Below are positions 26,639 to 35,909 of a stretch of DNA of 50,972 bases, piece by piece. Location of the stretch: the IMG/VR virus record IMGVR_UViG_3300026191_000002, positions 1 through 50,972 of that record; one strand, given 5' to 3'. The position numbers and the translations under genes were made by a program. How positions within the stretch are numbered: the stretch's first letter is position 1; each line of letters opens with the position of its first letter. The notes beneath the pieces are model-generated. The model was not told the DNA's origin. It ran no database searches and worked only from the letters and a program-made list of their open reading frames with translations. The stretch is from a virus. Lineage: Duplodnaviria > Caudoviricetes.

Positions 26639-27541
26639 TGTGACGCTCCGTAGTGTTGAACTGTCCGGTGAGGACAGATGTTGTTTAAAATGTGAAATGA
26701 TGTTGTGCGAGTTAACCAACTCATCAGCTAGGCCTGCATCTACAGCTGCTTGCCCGGTATATGTCTGCGCTTCTGTTTCAAGAACGGTTTCAATAGGTAA
26801 ACCAATGTTCGTTGCTACCTTTTCGGCAAACTGTTGGCGCAATTCATCGCACTGGGTTTTGAAATCTTCATAAACGGATTCGGGCAGGTTTTTATAAGGA
26901 TTGCCATCAACCTTGTGAGAACCGGAATAGATTAGCGTGACCGCTAAGCCTGATTCAGCAAGCATTTCTTCATAGCTGGCATGTATCTGAACAACACCAA
27001 CCGAACCACTAATGGCTGTTTGTGTTGTTAAACGTTTGTCTGCAACGCTGGCAATACACATAGCGCCACTACAAGCCATATCGTCATAAATTGCCCAAAC
27101 AGGTTTATCACCTTTGTTTTGTGCAATGTGGTCAGTAGCGTCAAAGCAACCTGCAACTGTTCCGCCCGGCGAATTAATGGCAAGCAATATGCCCTCTACA
27201 TCAGGGTCGGCGTTTGCGGCATCAAACATGCCAACAATAACGTTGTAGCCGGTAGCCCATGAACTTGAATAGCTAAGCTTATGAACTAGTGTTCCCATCA
27301 CGGGGATAATGGCTATGCCATCAATAAAGTGGAAAGGCTTTGAGTCGTAGTTTCGGCCGCTCATACCATACCCCAAAGACGCGGTGCTTATGCGCGGCTT
27401 TTCGGTAGCATCAACAGCACCTTGATCATCAGTGATTGAAAAACCACCTTTCTGAAGGCGAGACAGAGAGCCAACAAGGTTTCTAGCTGACTTAGCATTC
27501 ATAGCCAAAAACTGATTGGCGAGTTGTTCTAACATAGGCAT
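26255..27541 (-). CDS. S49 head maturation protease (gpC-like)
   Basis: INSPGG, MACSGA, GSVGV and HKVDGNPY motifs. Confidence 0.92.
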   Translation of the reverse strand: MPMLEQLANQFLAMNAKSARNLVGSLSRLQKGGFSITDDQGAVDATEKPRISTASLGYGMSGRNYDSKPFHFIDGIAIIPVMGTLVHKLSYSSSWATGYNVIVGMFDAANADPDVEGILLAINSPGGTVAGCFDATDHIAQNKGDKPVWAIYDDMACSGAMCIASVADKRLTTQTAISGSVGVVQIHASYEEMLAESGLAVTLIYSGSHKVDGNPYKNLPESVYEDFKTQCDELRQQFAEKVATNIGLPIETVLETEAQTYTGQAAVDAGLADELVNSHNIISHFKQHLSSPDSSTLRSVTMSEQSTSVATESVTAGEEAQAATPATATTENTVDHQARCKAIITAEAAEGRKDLAHHLAFDTDMSVEQALGVLAKAPQQSASAQQGNALDVAMANTEQPNIATVAEDSEPSEAEQFVQSYKTATGAK

Positions 27542-27552
27542 AAAAAAACCGC

Positions 27553-29145
27553 TTACGCGGCCTCTCCTTCTGATTCATTGCTGGCGAACTGGTTAACTTG
27601 AACCCAGCTAGGCGGGGGTAAACCCGCCGCTTTTCGCTCTTCGGTTTCACGAATTTGTTGGCTGAATATCTCTTGGTAATCCTCACCCATTGTTGCCAAC
27701 TCTTTTTCGTAAGTAGAAAGGCCAGATTCGATTCTTAGAACCGCTTCTTTAACTTCTTTCAGACCATCTATTGCTAGTCGGCCAGAACCAATCCACTCAG
27801 CGTTACACCATGCTGCTTTACGTTCATAGAAGTTGTACTTAGCTTTTCGCGGCAAGGTGATAATATTTCGGCTTACTGCTTCTTCTAGCCATAAAGCAAA
27901 AACGCGGGATGCGAAGCTAGAGGCGATTACTTTTCTGCGACCCATGAAATAGCGCCAGCTTTCCATCATCGATGCCCGGGCGCTTGAGTAATTTACTTTT
28001 GAGTAATCTCGCGCTAATTGCTCATAACTTACGCCCATACCTGCAGCGGTATATCGAAGTATTGACGCTTCTAAGTCTGCAAAACCATTATCTGCATGAC
28101 CCGGTGTTTTTAAGTTAAGTGATTCGCCAGGGAACAGGTGCGGAATTTTAGCGCCATTCATTTTAACGTTAGCGCCTTGGTGATACTGGCCAGTCATTGC
28201 CATCATGGCAGATAACCCTTTTATTGCAGGGTTATCATTACCCTGCCCTGCGCCTAGTATCATTTGATTCGCAGTTTCTGAATCAAGGTCCGACTCAATT
28301 ACAGCGGCATACATTGCGTTAATGATGGCGTTTTGAAGCTTTGTTAATTGCAGCTTATCAATCATGAAAAGCTGTTCCATAACAGAAAGGAACTGGTTTG
28401 CCCCTCGCGTTTGCCCATCTTCACGCGGTTCAAATACATGAATAAACTGCTGGCGACCCCAGCGGGTTTCTCTAGGAACACGGGTCCATTCGCCATAACC
28501 ATAGCCGTTTAACGATGCACCCATGCCATAACGAGGGTTAAGAACATGGTAAGCAACTGCGCTGCTATGGCGGTCTTGTTCTACACCACCACGCAAAAAC
28601 TGGTTATCTGCCACACCATTTGGGTTTGAAACACGTTTGGGTGAAACCATCTTAATAGCAGTTTTAAACAAAGAACCAGGGCGGCGGATCCATTCAGCTG
28701 CAGCCATCGCTTCGCCTAGATTAACGTGGGTTGCAACAACTTCACGAACCATCATGGTGAATGTGCGCTTACGCTCTGCATCCAAGTAACAACCTACGTT
28801 ATCTTCAGCATGCTCTTTAAATGCAGCTTCTACATCTACGGCTAAAGCGCGGGCGTCTGCTTCCTGAATGCCAAGTGTTCTCCATTGTGGCTTATAGCTT
28901 AAGCGAAATAGCGAACCCACCACGTTATCAACGTGCATTTGCACAGCACCATTTGCAAAGCCGTGGTTCTTAACAAGATCATCGGCGCGCGCGTTACCCA
29001 TTTGGAGGTTGGGCAATAAAGCGGCATCGGCTGATTGAAGCGTGGGGTTCCAGTCTGTTAACTGACCACCAAAACCATGAGCGGCGCCCTTGTAAGATTC
29101 GGTCATTGGTTGACCTTTGTGATCTAATATTTGAACATTTTTCAT
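27553..29145 (-). CDS. Portal protein (lambda family)
   Basis: ARADDLVKN, GQTRGAN, DYSKVNYSSARAS and IDGLKE motifs. Confidence 0.95.
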   Translation of the reverse strand: MKNVQILDHKGQPMTESYKGAAHGFGGQLTDWNPTLQSADAALLPNLQMGNARADDLVKNHGFANGAVQMHVDNVVGSLFRLSYKPQWRTLGIQEADARALAVDVEAAFKEHAEDNVGCYLDAERKRTFTMMVREVVATHVNLGEAMAAAEWIRRPGSLFKTAIKMVSPKRVSNPNGVADNQFLRGGVEQDRHSSAVAYHVLNPRYGMGASLNGYGYGEWTRVPRETRWGRQQFIHVFEPREDGQTRGANQFLSVMEQLFMIDKLQLTKLQNAIINAMYAAVIESDLDSETANQMILGAGQGNDNPAIKGLSAMMAMTGQYHQGANVKMNGAKIPHLFPGESLNLKTPGHADNGFADLEASILRYTAAGMGVSYEQLARDYSKVNYSSARASMMESWRYFMGRRKVIASSFASRVFALWLEEAVSRNIITLPRKAKYNFYERKAAWCNAEWIGSGRLAIDGLKEVKEAVLRIESGLSTYEKELATMGEDYQEIFSQQIRETEERKAAGLPPPSWVQVNQFASNESEGEAA

Positions 29146-29357
29146 TAGAATCTAAAACCTACTGGGGCGCGGCGGCGGTGATTACCGTTAACCTTTAATT
29201 CCAGCTCTGCTATATAAGCATTGAGCTCATAAAGGTTGGCACTGGTATACTCAACTGACATGCCGCCCTTGTTAATTTTTACAACTCGCGCGCCCGTTAC
29301 AAGTTTATGCTTTGCCAACTGCGCTTCTTCAAGCTGTTTTACTTCATTAGCTGCCAT
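29145..29357 (-). CDS. Head-tail adaptor gpW
   Basis: AKHKLVTG..V....G.SVEYT.AN..EL.AYIAELE..RRAP pattern. Confidence 0.85.
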   Translation of the reverse strand: MAANEVKQLEEAQLAKHKLVTGARVVKINKGGMSVEYTSANLYELNAYIAELELKVNGNHRRRAPVGFRF

Positions 29358-31302
29358 TAAGTAGTTTTCCTAAATCTGCCATGCTGCTGGAGCTTGATTC
29401 TTCTGGCTGGGCTTCAGCTGGTATCGCTGCAAGGGAATCCAAATCAAGGGCTAAATATTGCTGTGCTACCCGTAGCGCGGCTAAATTATAAACTTCACAA
29501 TCTAGCTTTTCGTTTCTCACACCATCTGGGCAGTGCCACTTATAACTTTTCTGGCCGTTAACAAAAAACGGCTTTTTGTACTCAGCCAGTAACTGCTTGA
29601 AGAAAGAAAGGTTGCACCACTCTTTCATTGGGAAATGAATGCACCCTGGCTTTCTTAAGCCGGGTTCAGCGGGAACAATTCCCAATCTTTCCGATATTAT
29701 GTCTTTGGCGTTATCGGTACCTACCATAACCAAGTAGACACCGTGAGAATTTTTCTTCTTAGGCTTCGTCGCTATTGGCTTGCCATATTGGCTTGCACCC
29801 TTGCAAGGGAACAAGCGCATTACACCGAAGCGTTTGGTGAACTTGTAAACCTCATCGGTATAGTGACCGCCTGAGTCAAAGCAACCGATTGCCCAGTTCA
29901 TCACTTGGCCATTAGCTTTTTTGTATTGCTTGCGTAGCGGCTTTTCTAGTTGGTCCCAGAAAAGTGGTACGGATGGGTCGCCGTGAACCTCAAAAGCATC
30001 TATAACAAAGCTTTCTTCACCGGCTGTCCAACCTTTGACAACGAACTCTGCCCAGTGGTCTTGCATGTCACCACCTACCGTGATGAATACAACGTCATCA
30101 GGAACTTCAGCGCGGTAGTCTTCCCGCCTAGCAAACAAATGTTCAGGCTCTGTTTTTGAGCGCTCTACTTCTTCAAAAGCCTCGCCAAGCGTTGTATTGA
30201 TGAAGGACTTAAGCTTCATCTGACTACCTTGAGCCTTATACCATTCGGTGACAATTCTCGACCAAGGTGAAAAGTTTGAGTAAAGCGAATTTATATACCA
30301 GGTAACTGATTCTGGTGTGGGCGCTATACTCTTTGTTTCTGGAAAACCTTCAGCGTGATAGAACGTAATGCTGTCATAGGTTGCTAAGCCTTCGTTGCTG
30401 AGCCAATAGCCTTTGTGATCAGCCTCAATAAAATCTGAATATGAAAATGTTTCACTGCAGGCAATACAGCGATACTTTGCTGTTCGAGCTCGTTCTGAAC
30501 CTTCAAGTTCGCTATTCCATTCCAGCCCGTACTTACTGTCTTTACCACCAAAGATTAACGTCTGATGGGTACCGCAGTGTGGGCAAGGTATGTAGCGTTT
30601 GAAATATTGTTCTGACTCTTCGGCGGCCTCTGTGATTTGGCACTCGCCTTTTATCGTGGGCGTAGAACCCCTTATTGATTTACCGAAAGCTGAACCTTCC
30701 AAGCGTTTATCGCCAAGGAAAGTAGCTGAACCTTCGCCTTCAATATCTCTATCGAATTTTGAAAGCTCATCATATATCGATAGATCTAGGGATTTCTCAC
30801 GATAGTTTTTAGCCGCCTTACCACCCATCAAGAACAATTCACGGCGGTTAGTAAACGCCTTATTCTCAATGGTGTTCTGCTTACTCTTTTTGTTTAAGTA
30901 AGGAAATATTGCGCGCAATGGCCCAACATCGCGTAGCATAGGATCGATGTGCTTTTTACTAAACCCATCACGGGCACCATCGTCTGGCTGCCAAACACCT
31001 ATGTTTCTTTTTTTGTGCTCAATGAAGTAACCAATAGCCGCACAAATCAGTTTGGTGTAACCAACCCGCGCCGACTTTAACCAGTTAACCTCTTTAATAT
31101 CGTCGTTGCACATTGAGTTCAGAATTGCTATCTGACTCGGTGCTGTCTTCCATGGACCCTCAATGTAAGAGGATTCAGGTGACATATAAAAATGTTTATC
31201 GGCCCATTCAACACCAGTGAGTGGTGGCGAACGGTAAAGAACTCTCGCACCCTCTTGCAGCGCTTTCTTAAACTTTCGCCTCTGCCTGAGTGATAACGTC
31301 AT
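29347..31302 (-). CDS. Terminase large subunit (GpA family)
   Basis: KSARVGYTK Walker A, YDELSKF, GSTPT, PCPHCG, DSGG and RNEKLDC motifs. Confidence 0.97.
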   Translation of the reverse strand: MTLSLRQRRKFKKALQEGARVLYRSPPLTGVEWADKHFYMSPESSYIEGPWKTAPSQIAILNSMCNDDIKEVNWLKSARVGYTKLICAAIGYFIEHKKRNIGVWQPDDGARDGFSKKHIDPMLRDVGPLRAIFPYLNKKSKQNTIENKAFTNRRELFLMGGKAAKNYREKSLDLSIYDELSKFDRDIEGEGSATFLGDKRLEGSAFGKSIRGSTPTIKGECQITEAAEESEQYFKRYIPCPHCGTHQTLIFGGKDSKYGLEWNSELEGSERARTAKYRCIACSETFSYSDFIEADHKGYWLSNEGLATYDSITFYHAEGFPETKSIAPTPESVTWYINSLYSNFSPWSRIVTEWYKAQGSQMKLKSFINTTLGEAFEEVERSKTEPEHLFARREDYRAEVPDDVVFITVGGDMQDHWAEFVVKGWTAGEESFVIDAFEVHGDPSVPLFWDQLEKPLRKQYKKANGQVMNWAIGCFDSGGHYTDEVYKFTKRFGVMRLFPCKGASQYGKPIATKPKKKNSHGVYLVMVGTDNAKDIISERLGIVPAEPGLRKPGCIHFPMKEWCNLSFFKQLLAEYKKPFFVNGQKSYKWHCPDGVRNEKLDCEVYNLAALRVAQQYLALDLDSLAAIPAEAQPEESSSSSMADLGKLLNGS

Positions 31303-31783
31303 CGATTATATCGTCCAAGTAATCATCAAGATTCGACGCCTCGTTTTGATGCTTGATGGTTTCGGACTTTATGAAGTCGATAATCCTCTGCTCTATTTCT
31401 GGGTGTCGTCTTTTGATATTTGGTGCTAGTGAATCTAGCGTTGCGCCAACTTGGGCTAATATTTTTGCTAGAACATCTCGCGCAGCTTCTACAGGAATTG
31501 CGCGTCCTTCCAAAATTTCGTTCTTGATCTGCTGGGTGATTCGTTGCTGTTGAGTGAGCATTGCACGCTCAAGTTCGAGATCTATTGTTTCGCCACCAAG
31601 GTTAACTCGGTTGTTGTTTTTCTTGAGTTCGTTTTCAATGCGATTTTCAACCACATCCTGAACCCTAAAAAACGTCTGTCTGCCAACTTTCTTGTGAGGC
31701 TTCACGCCCCATTTATCAAAGGCCTGAGTAGAAATGCCTAATGACTCGGCCATGTTCTTTTTGTTGAGTAAATGCGAGTCCAT
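31268..31783 (-). CDS. Terminase small subunit (Nu1-like)
   Basis: LNKKNMAESLGISTQAFDKW wHTH plus coiled coil; next to cos. Confidence 0.9.
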   Translation of the reverse strand: MDSHLLNKKNMAESLGISTQAFDKWGVKPHKKVGRQTFFRVQDVVENRIENELKKNNNRVNLGGETIDLELERAMLTQQQRITQQIKNEILEGRAIPVEAARDVLAKILAQVGATLDSLAPNIKRRHPEIEQRIIDFIKSETIKHQNEASNLDDYLDDIIDDVITQAEAKV

Positions 31784-31843
31784 GGTTTGTGCTTTTTCAG
31801 TGACGCTTTAGGCGATAACTAAACAACCTAGAGCGAAAATGAG

Positions 31844-31907
31844 TCATAAATAGCGAAAGTTTGCGCTGCTGCGTACCCGTAACAAAAAAAGATGCTGGAA
31901 AGTACCT
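31844..31907 (-). other. Lambda-like cos site (cosQ, cosN, I2)
   Basis: Minus strand AGGTACTTTCC-N13-GTTACG-GGTACGCAGCAG-CGCAAACTTTCGCTATTTATGA aligns without gaps to lambda cos as recalled. Confidence 0.85.
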
Positions 31908-31992
31908 TTTTTTATTGACATTTCTATCGTCCTCGATTTTTTTTGGCACGGTCTTTGTCGTGCTTTCGCCGATTACACAAGTAGTGTAAGGA

Positions 31993-32640
31993 TTAGCGCG
32001 GCTGCACTTTGTTTTTAGTTGCCAGTCTTATCTGGTTGCGCACGGCATCAGCCATGTTCTTTTTAAACCTAACGTCTGCCATGCTTTTAAGCTTGGCTTG
32101 CATTGGTTTTAATTTGAATTCGACTCTGATTGATGGGCCAGTGATTGACTTAAGTGGGGTCTGACTGCTGCCCTTGCGAGCGAACACCAGGTACTTACCT
32201 GAGCCCCTACCTTTACCAATGAATGTTCCATCGTATGTTTTGCTTTTACCCCATGCTCTAGCCTTTACACCTTTGGCTCGATACTTACCTTTTCGACCAC
32301 TCTTTAATGTCTTGCGGTGGTTAAAGTGGTTAGGCTTACGCAATGTTGGAGATACAAAACTGATAAGGTTTGATGCTCTACCTTCTGACGAATCGACGGT
32401 AGCAAACTGCTTGTTACGTGTAGCTTTGAACTTAAAGTTATCTGATGGACCAGATATCTTAGCGCGTACTTCTTTCTGCTGAATGCCGGTCTTCTTGCTG
32501 ACTTCACGAACCGCGTCGGTCTTAGTGCCTCGGCCAGTTCGGTTTAGTGCTTGAACCGTTGCCTTTGGTACAGCTGATTGCTTGATAGCCTGTAGGTCTT
32601 TGGTTAGTGCCGCAATGTCATTCTTGAAACTGATTTGCAT
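31993..32640 (-). CDS. Minor tail protein Z-like
   Basis: PKAT..ALNRT, very basic body, TFI...VF.R...P...GPS motif. Confidence 0.7.
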   Translation of the reverse strand: MQISFKNDIAALTKDLQAIKQSAVPKATVQALNRTGRGTKTDAVREVSKKTGIQQKEVRAKISGPSDNFKFKATRNKQFATVDSSEGRASNLISFVSPTLRKPNHFNHRKTLKSGRKGKYRAKGVKARAWGKSKTYDGTFIGKGRGSGKYLVFARKGSSQTPLKSITGPSIRVEFKLKPMQAKLKSMADVRFKKNMADAVRNQIRLATKNKVQPR

Positions 32641-32647
32641 GCGATAA

Positions 32648-33058
32648 CTACTCAGGCAATCTCGTTGTTAAATTGTAGAGGGATTCTGGCGTATGCTTAT
32701 GAGCAAAGAAGTCAGGCACATAGTTCGCGGCGTGGGCTACCAGCTCAGAACAAAACCAGCTATTAGGGCAATGCTCAAAACTCCTGAACAATATCCCTTT
32801 TATTCCTTTGTTATCGAATGGCTTTCCAATTAGCTTGCGTGCTTTTTCTATATCACCAGGCAAGTATCGATATTCAGTAATGTCGTACCGCCCAAGGAAA
32901 TCTAATAGGTTATTACGCTGAACGCCATAACCGCCACGCGCTTCAATCACATGGCAATCATCATTATCTAGTATTGCAACGTGAGACCATTTTGAGCCGG
33001 TGATAAACCTTATAGTTCGTGACATCCAACTGCGATTTGCGGCGAATATCACAATCAT
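32648..33058 (-). CDS. Permuted NlpC/P60 papain-like enzyme (YiiX/YebB-like)
   Basis: S..IR..T.S.WSHVAI, VIEA, IGKPFD and WFCSEL; His precedes Cys. Confidence 0.85.
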   Translation of the reverse strand: MIVIFAANRSWMSRTIRFITGSKWSHVAILDNDDCHVIEARGGYGVQRNNLLDFLGRYDITEYRYLPGDIEKARKLIGKPFDNKGIKGILFRSFEHCPNSWFCSELVAHAANYVPDFFAHKHTPESLYNLTTRLPE

Positions 33059-33061
33059 GGT

Positions 33062-33367
33062 TCATGTCTCGTTTGGTTGATCTCTTTCGGCCATATACTT
33101 CATGTGCCGTTCGTGAGCGCGTTGATCTTCTCTACGCTTAAAATAGATATTTACTGCTAAACCAATAAATCCAATCATCAAACCAAACAATGCTACGATA
33201 TGCTCAAACGTTAACGCGCCCCATAACGCAGTAAATGCGCTTGCGGTATAAGTTGTTATCGAAGCTTTATCTGCCATGTCTTGATTGAATTCTTGTTGGT
33301 AATGGGTGTTCATGCTGTTGTTCTCCAATACAGGTTCAACAACATGGTTATTCAAATGGTGTTCCAT
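33062..33367 (-). CDS. Putative holin (HP1-like)
   Basis: TM segment followed by VNIYFKRREDQR; true start may be the internal MADKAS. Confidence 0.7.
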   Translation of the reverse strand: MEHHLNNHVVEPVLENNSMNTHYQQEFNQDMADKASITTYTASAFTALWGALTFEHIVALFGLMIGFIGLAVNIYFKRREDQRAHERHMKYMAERDQPNET

Positions 33368-33373
33368 TTTGTA

Positions 33374-33901
33374 TTAGATGCTAGTCTGCTTTTTCGCAGA
33401 AAATGCTAATAAATTACGCTTACCGATTTCCCTTAGCCCTGCATAAGTAAAGGGTAAAGTAAGGAATGCACCCAATATCATAAGATCTGGCGTGTCAGTG
33501 ATAAACGCATAACAAATACCAGCAAGCAAAGAGGCTGTTGCGTGAAAAGGCCTTACGTATTTAACGCCACCTTCTGCATTATCACCGTTACGAATAGTTT
33601 GCTGTGTCTCTGAATGGCTACGCTGTTTATCTTGAAGTTCTAGCGCCATTACTGATTCAAGGTGGCGATTCACTTCAGCTTCTCGCGCCGCGGCTATTTC
33701 TTCAAGCCTCACCATTGCATTGGGGTTACTTTTCAGTGTCACTAACGCTTGTTCTGGGTCTGTCGTTCCCGTTGCCTGAGCAACCATTGAAGCACCTGCA
33801 CTGACCGCGCCCACTACGTTGCCCGTTAAAAGCGAACCAACGAGACCAGCAACGCCTGTTTTATTTTCTTTAAGAAAACTTCCTACGTCTGACCAATTCA
33901 T
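33374..33901 (-). CDS. Holin-like membrane protein (GTA 3TM holin-like)
   Basis: Hydrophobic N terminus, coiled coil, VRP and two C-terminal TMs ending Y.G.R..GK. Confidence 0.6.
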   Translation of the reverse strand: MNWSDVGSFLKENKTGVAGLVGSLLTGNVVGAVSAGASMVAQATGTTDPEQALVTLKSNPNAMVRLEEIAAAREAEVNRHLESVMALELQDKQRSHSETQQTIRNGDNAEGGVKYVRPFHATASLLAGICYAFITDTPDLMILGAFLTLPFTYAGLREIGKRNLLAFSAKKQTSI

Positions 33902-33910
33902 TATCTCAAC

Positions 33911-34339
33911 CTATGGCTTGTACAATTCAAAGTGTGGCAGGTCGCGGAAACGCTCATCACGGCTTCTACCGTCCATATCCCAATCACCACCCCATCGAAG
34001 TAGGTGCGTGATCTTGCCCTCTTTGTATAACTGGCGAGCAATACACATGACATGACCTGCAAATACAGCAAAAGCCAGTTCGTCTTTCCAGTCTGTGTTG
34101 CTTAACTCTACGAAATAAGGGCCAGCGTCAACTGCGAGTGAAGGGATTTTGTTGTGTTTGGAGTGAGGCCACTTTAATTGGCTGAGGCCATCGGCAAATG
34201 CTTTGTTCTGATCTTCTTTACCACGGTGACCGCAAAAGATAGACGCATTAATGAACTTCTTCACTTCGTCAAATATCGTTTGAATATCAACATGGCACGT
34301 ATCAAGACGCGCTTGTGAAGTTTTGCCGTAGGGGAACAT
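33911..34339 (-). CDS. Endolysin, M15 family peptidase
   Basis: GHR..Q, SKH...AVD, RWGGDW and DLPHFEL motifs. Confidence 0.9.
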   Translation of the reverse strand: MFPYGKTSQARLDTCHVDIQTIFDEVKKFINASIFCGHRGKEDQNKAFADGLSQLKWPHSKHNKIPSLAVDAGPYFVELSNTDWKDELAFAVFAGHVMCIARQLYKEGKITHLLRWGGDWDMDGRSRDERFRDLPHFELYKP

Positions 34340-34352
34340 AAATTTCAGCCAT

Positions 34353-34384
34353 AAAAAAAGCCCCGACTGGTTAGGTCAGGGCTT
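34353..34384 (-). terminator. tR'-like terminator before the lysis genes
   Basis: AAGCCCTGAC-N7-GTCGGGGC-TTTTTTT. Confidence 0.85.
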
Positions 34385-34411
34385 CAAGTGAAATAGTGCT
34401 AGTATGGAGAT

Positions 34412-34440
34412 ATATTAAGCAAAGCTCGTCAGTGAGTCAA
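34412..34440 (-). promoter_or_regulatory. Late promoter (pR'-like)
   Basis: TTGACT-17 bp-TAATAT just upstream of the terminator. Confidence 0.7.
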
Positions 34441-34484
34441 CTACTGTTTGAAGTCATATAGAAACCCTACTACCGCGACAATTA

Positions 34485-34826
34485 TCAAGCCTTCTGCAGT
34501 TCTTGATTTCTAGTTATTCTCGAAAGAATACAGTTATTAAATTCCTCTTGACTCATAAGAAGCATCCGTGGCGCAGGCGCATTCATTGCTTTATCTATCG
34601 CCTTTTCAGTTTCCGCTTGCTTTAGTCTTACGTAATACTCTACTGCTTTTTCAAGAAACTGTGTGTAATTGTCGCACGACTCTGCTGAGCGCCTAACTAG
34701 GCTGTAGAATATCGCGTCATTTCGGTACGCTTCAAACAAGTATTCAGGGAGCTTTGATACTAACTCACCTAACGCGCTATTCTGCCTTATTGCTCTACCT
34801 TGGGTGATTACCTTGCGCTTACTCAT
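34485..34826 (-). CDS. Hypothetical protein
   Basis: Coupled ORF with GAGG RBS. Confidence 0.7.
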   Translation of the reverse strand: MSKRKVITQGRAIRQNSALGELVSKLPEYLFEAYRNDAIFYSLVRRSAESCDNYTQFLEKAVEYYVRLKQAETEKAIDKAMNAPAPRMLLMSQEEFNNCILSRITRNQELQKA

Positions 34827-35056
34827 AACTTCCTCAATCCCAACACATCAAATACTTCATTATCTATCACTACACTGACACGCCACAAATTGTCAAACGG
34901 CGATAATACGTACCACCGTTTATCATATTTGTAGTAGTTATCGAATTTATCGATGTGAGTCGCGCCCATCTTGATAGGACTATTGTAATAACGCTTAACC
35001 GCTTCATCAATAGCCTGGCGAATGTCGTTACCTGCTAGTTCGCTATTCATAAACAA
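34823..35056 (-). CDS. Hypothetical protein
   Basis: GATH..YYK..W motif; GGAG RBS. Confidence 0.65.
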   Translation of the reverse strand: MFMNSELAGNDIRQAIDEAVKRYYNSPIKMGATHIDKFDNYYKYDKRWYVLSPFDNLWRVSVVIDNEVFDVLGLRKL

Positions 35057-35175
35057 TTTAACTCCAAATCAATGTAAAAATTGAAAGTCCTAGCGAAGCA
35101 ATGCTTATTACAATTGCCAGATTAAGAAGTCGCCCAGTTTTGCGAGACTCCCTTACAAACTCTTTAAGTTCCTGC

Positions 35176-35364
35176 TCATTCATCCTGCTCACCTGCTCTC
35201 TCATTCCAAGCCTTAACAAGTTGCTCTTTATCTCTATGCGGTGACATTAATACAGGGCATCTAGTACAGCTAATCATGCTTCTTTGCAGGCCTTGAACAA
35301 TGCCCGTTTCCATACTTGCATCACTGCCGCAGAACGGGCAAGGTTTTAGTTTCTGCTCACTCAT
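35176..35364 (-). CDS. Lar-like restriction alleviation family protein
   Basis: LKPCPFCG..C..C..AWN.R pattern. Confidence 0.8.
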   Translation of the reverse strand: MSEQKLKPCPFCGSDASMETGIVQGLQRSMISCTRCPVLMSPHRDKEQLVKAWNERAGEQDE

Positions 35365-35909
35365 GCCGCTTCATCCTCTCTCATAGTTGCTCTAACGTGG
35401 CTTATCGCCTCGCTATTCCACAAGTAAAGTTGCTCTAGCACTTGGCTGTAAGCCTCAGATATTTTCACAGGAAGCTTGTTTCCCTTAATGCCTAGCCGCT
35501 TACAAAGCTGAACTTTGCTTGTTGGTTTAATCTCTTGCTCGCCGGTCTTGCGGTTTAGTCGCATAATTGGTGATTTTATTTCGATGATGGCGCAGTTAAT
35601 CATGCGTAACAAGCAAGTGTTACTAACCTCTAGCTCAGCTTTTAGCATAACGTTCAATAACCCAGCTTTAACGCGCACTCTTGCGCTGCTGTCATCGGCG
35701 TAGAGCAATCTAGCCAAGTAGTAAGCATGTGTATCTAGCTTTAGTTGCGTTTCAGGGTTTCGCATTGCCAGTGCGCCAGCCACTTCGTTTACATCAGGCG
35801 CGGTACCACCGAAGCCCATTCCGTCAATCTGTTTTGACTTTGTAGTCATTCTTGCTAGTTCTCTGATTGGGTGTGCCATTGTTGTATTTACCTTTAGCGC
35901 ACGGCTCAT
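35361..35909 (-). CDS. Putative late antiterminator (Q-like)
   Basis: After ninG and before the pR'/tR'-like pair; G.GGT.P...EVAGAL N motif and C-terminal HTH-like segment. Confidence 0.5.
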   Translation of the reverse strand: MSRALKVNTTMAHPIRELARMTTKSKQIDGMGFGGTAPDVNEVAGALAMRNPETQLKLDTHAYYLARLLYADDSSARVRVKAGLLNVMLKAELEVSNTCLLRMINCAIIEIKSPIMRLNRKTGEQEIKPTSKVQLCKRLGIKGNKLPVKISEAYSQVLEQLYLWNSEAISHVRATMREDEAA

